Shown piece by piece: positions 62,117 through 64,000 of a stretch of DNA of 64,000 nucleotides. Position numbers and translations under genes: made by a program. Origin of the DNA: Spirulina sp. (lineage in GTDB: Bacteria > Cyanobacteriota > Cyanobacteriia > Phormidesmidales > Phormidesmidaceae); NCBI GenBank assembly GCA_044070495.1, contig JBIPSI010000014.1:83541-147540 (forward strand), written 5' to 3'. The first letter of the stretch is position 1. Each line of letters opens with the position of its first letter. The notes under the pieces were generated by a model. It saw only the letters and a list, made by a program, of their open reading frames with translations. It made no database searches and had not been told where the DNA came from.

Positions 62117-62409
62117 GCTAGGCGCATTCTGCTTTGCCCAGCGGCCCCAAACTTGGTAATGATGGGCATAGAGTGATTGTCTATGCTCATTCTGTGTTAA
62201 ATCATAGCAGGTATTTACCATGCCTACAAAAGCTACCATCGCTTTGCGGTGGTTTAGTGTTTGGTAAAGCCGATGACCCTCGGGACGCTCAGATTGAGCA
62301 GGGTGTAGCTCACTACCAACGATTGCGGGAGCACCAGTAACAGGTCAAGGCTGCAATCGCAGAGCTACAGCAGACTCAGCGCAACCCGGCCTAGTTTTGA
62401 GGTGCCCCC

Positions 62410-62925
62410 ATGCTTGACCTGGACAAAATCCAACACCTGGCAGAAATCTACGCGCCCCAAGAGCTGTTTGCCGCTCTGGTGTGGCAGCGGCAGTTCAACC
62501 TGTTCGACGGGCCGCAGGTGATTACTGACTTGGCGAACCATCCTGACCTGTGGGAGAGCTTTTTGTTTACCAAGCCTGTCTTTGCGCCCGACAAGCATGG
62601 GCTGAGTTTTAATGGCGTGGTGGATATGCTGCTGGCGATGGCTAACTATCGCCCCATGCCAGATGACAGCAGCATTCACTTTGTGCAGTATCCGGCGGAT
62701 ACGCTCTACGTTTTGACGGAGAACCGGGATGCAATCGTGGCGCAGCTGATGGAGTTGGGCAAAAAGTGGAAGGCCGATGAGGTCTCTGCGTTTGATGGCT
62801 CCCTCGCAGAGGATGAGGACTGGAAGTTTAGAAACTACCTGTCGCTGCGGCTGAAGGATGGCCTGTGGGGCAAGCAGGCTGACCAGGATCGAGATGCGAT
62901 CGTCGTCTCCTACTGGTGGGATTAG
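62410..62925 (+). CDS. Hypothetical protein
   Basis: 171 aa; GAGG RBS; ends in YWWD. Confidence 0.7.
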   Translation: MLDLDKIQHLAEIYAPQELFAALVWQRQFNLFDGPQVITDLANHPDLWESFLFTKPVFAPDKHGLSFNGVVDMLLAMANYRPMPDDSSIHFVQYPADTLYVLTENRDAIVAQLMELGKKWKADEVSAFDGSLAEDEDWKFRNYLSLRLKDGLWGKQADQDRDAIVVSYWWD

Positions 62926-63043
62926 CCACAGAGTTGATGGGAGTGTTAGTGTGACTCGTTAGTGCTGGGAAGCCAAATGATTTTGGCTGAAGTACATTGC
63001 TGTAGAAGATGACTTACCTGCGGCCCGAACCTTAGCGTTAGTG

Positions 63044-63186
63044 ATGACTCCAGCCGAACGCTCACAACTGTTTGAGACACTTAGCGAGTTGTCGCTTGGT
63101 GATTTTGAATGGTTAGCGTTTAGCCTTAAGCCTCCTGCTGGCATTGTCCCTCCTGATATAGCACCTCAAAAAAGCAGAGTTGCTGC
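63044..63186 (+). pseudogene. Remnant of an N-terminal effector-associated-like domain
   Basis: MTPAERSQLFETLSEL...FEWLAFSLKPPAGIVPP..APQ..RVA, then the pattern breaks off. Confidence 0.4.
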
Positions 63187-63213
63187 GCAGAGTTCCCCAA
63201 CGCCTTTGAAAAT

Positions 63214-63501
63214 TTGCTGCTTACCCAAGTGGTTGATGAAAGTATGGAGCCGACCCTTAAGCAGGGGGATTTAGCACTGGTAGATACCAATCACCGTGAC
63301 TTAGAAACCGTGAGTCATGGTATCTATTTACTCAAACTCAACGATCGACTGTTGATCAAACGCTTGCAGTACATAGCCGATAACACGCTTAGAGTGATCA
63401 GTGATCACCCAGCCTACGAAGCCTTCTCAATTCAAATATCTGGGTCACCCAGTAGTCTAAGTCTGATGGGAAAAGTGGTTTGGTTCGGACACAAACTATG
63501 A
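63214..63501 (+). pseudogene. S24 (LexA/CI-like) peptidase domain without HTH
   Basis: ESMEPTL..GD.ALVD, LIKRL, ISD.PAY, GKVVW. Confidence 0.75.
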
Positions 63502-63555
63502 AAACAAGGTTGCTAACCCGAACCTTAGTCTGCGACTATTCCCCTGGGCAGTTCA

Positions 63556-63859
63556 TCAAAATTCTGGCACTTCGAGTTTGCGCTTTTTGCCTGCATAGTA
63601 TTTATAAATGACTTCAGGAGAATTGCCGACTAGCCTAGCCACATCCTTCGCATCCAGCTTGCCTGTTTCAAGGGCATGAGTAATGAATGTATGTCGGGTT
63701 TGGTAAAGTTTGCGATACTCAATTTCCAGTCCTTTGAGGACAGTGCTCCAGGTACGGTTCCTGAAGTTATTGAGGTCTATAAATTTATTTTGGGGAGAGG
63801 GAAAAATTAGTGTTTCTGATTTCGCCTCTTCGGATTTAATTGATTTTAGCAGCGCTCTC
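63556..63859 (-). pseudogene. C-terminal part of a tyrosine recombinase/integrase, cut off by an IS
   Basis: Manual translation LIFPSP...NFRNRTW..VL..LEIEYRKLYQTRHTFIT...VARLVGNSPEVIYKYY; not in the ORF track. Confidence 0.85.
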
Positions 63860-64000
63860 GTAATTGTTCAGGGGTTGACGAAAGAGTCAGGGTTTCAAGG
63901 GCAGCCCTTCAGGTAAGCTGATGCCATGAGCGTTGACGACCCGTCTGAGATTGAGATTGGTGGCATCCGGCTTCCCCGAGCGGACTGGGAGGCGACCCCT
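63860..64000 (+). mobile_element. Left end of an IS66-like element; transposase starts at 63926
   Basis: Begins GTAAttgttcagggg exactly where the integrase frame ends; MSVDDPSEIEIGGIRLPRADWEATP resembles cyanobacterial IS66 transposase N-termini. Confidence 0.7.

Overview
GC-rich cyanobacterial chromosomal DNA; the gene content and style suggest a filamentous Leptolyngbyaceae/Nodosilinea-like organism (inference). Core genes include the form IB rbcL-rbcX-rbcS operon, ggt, queG, a CuA-less heme-copper oxidase operon (DUF2231 x2, ctaC, ctaD, ctaE; ARTO/cox3-type), gap2, murC-murB, two tandem petF ferredoxins, msrB, rlmB, a Mini-III RNase, a STAS protein and carA. Accessory material includes three apparently intact toxin-antitoxin pairs and one broken pair, an internally deleted CzcA/CusA-type RND gene and a chimeric Uma2 pseudogene. 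A decayed island at the right end (about 60975-64000) holds a tyrosine integrase fragment cut off by an IS66-like element. The most notable observation is an orphan DUF4157 (eCIS-associated) protein whose C-terminus shows the full motif set of an actin-fragmin/PI3K-like atypical kinase, with no adjacent immunity gene. Others are a 130-bp MITE (17-bp TIRs, 9-bp target duplication) carrying a GTAG-REP doublet in a young and an old copy; an RlmB with 16 GYRGK-type repeats; a probable ATC start codon for the STAS gene; and an ~880-bp tandem duplication that made a second ferredoxin. I saw no rRNA, tRNA or CRISPR array. All family calls come from motif recognition by eye, not database searches.
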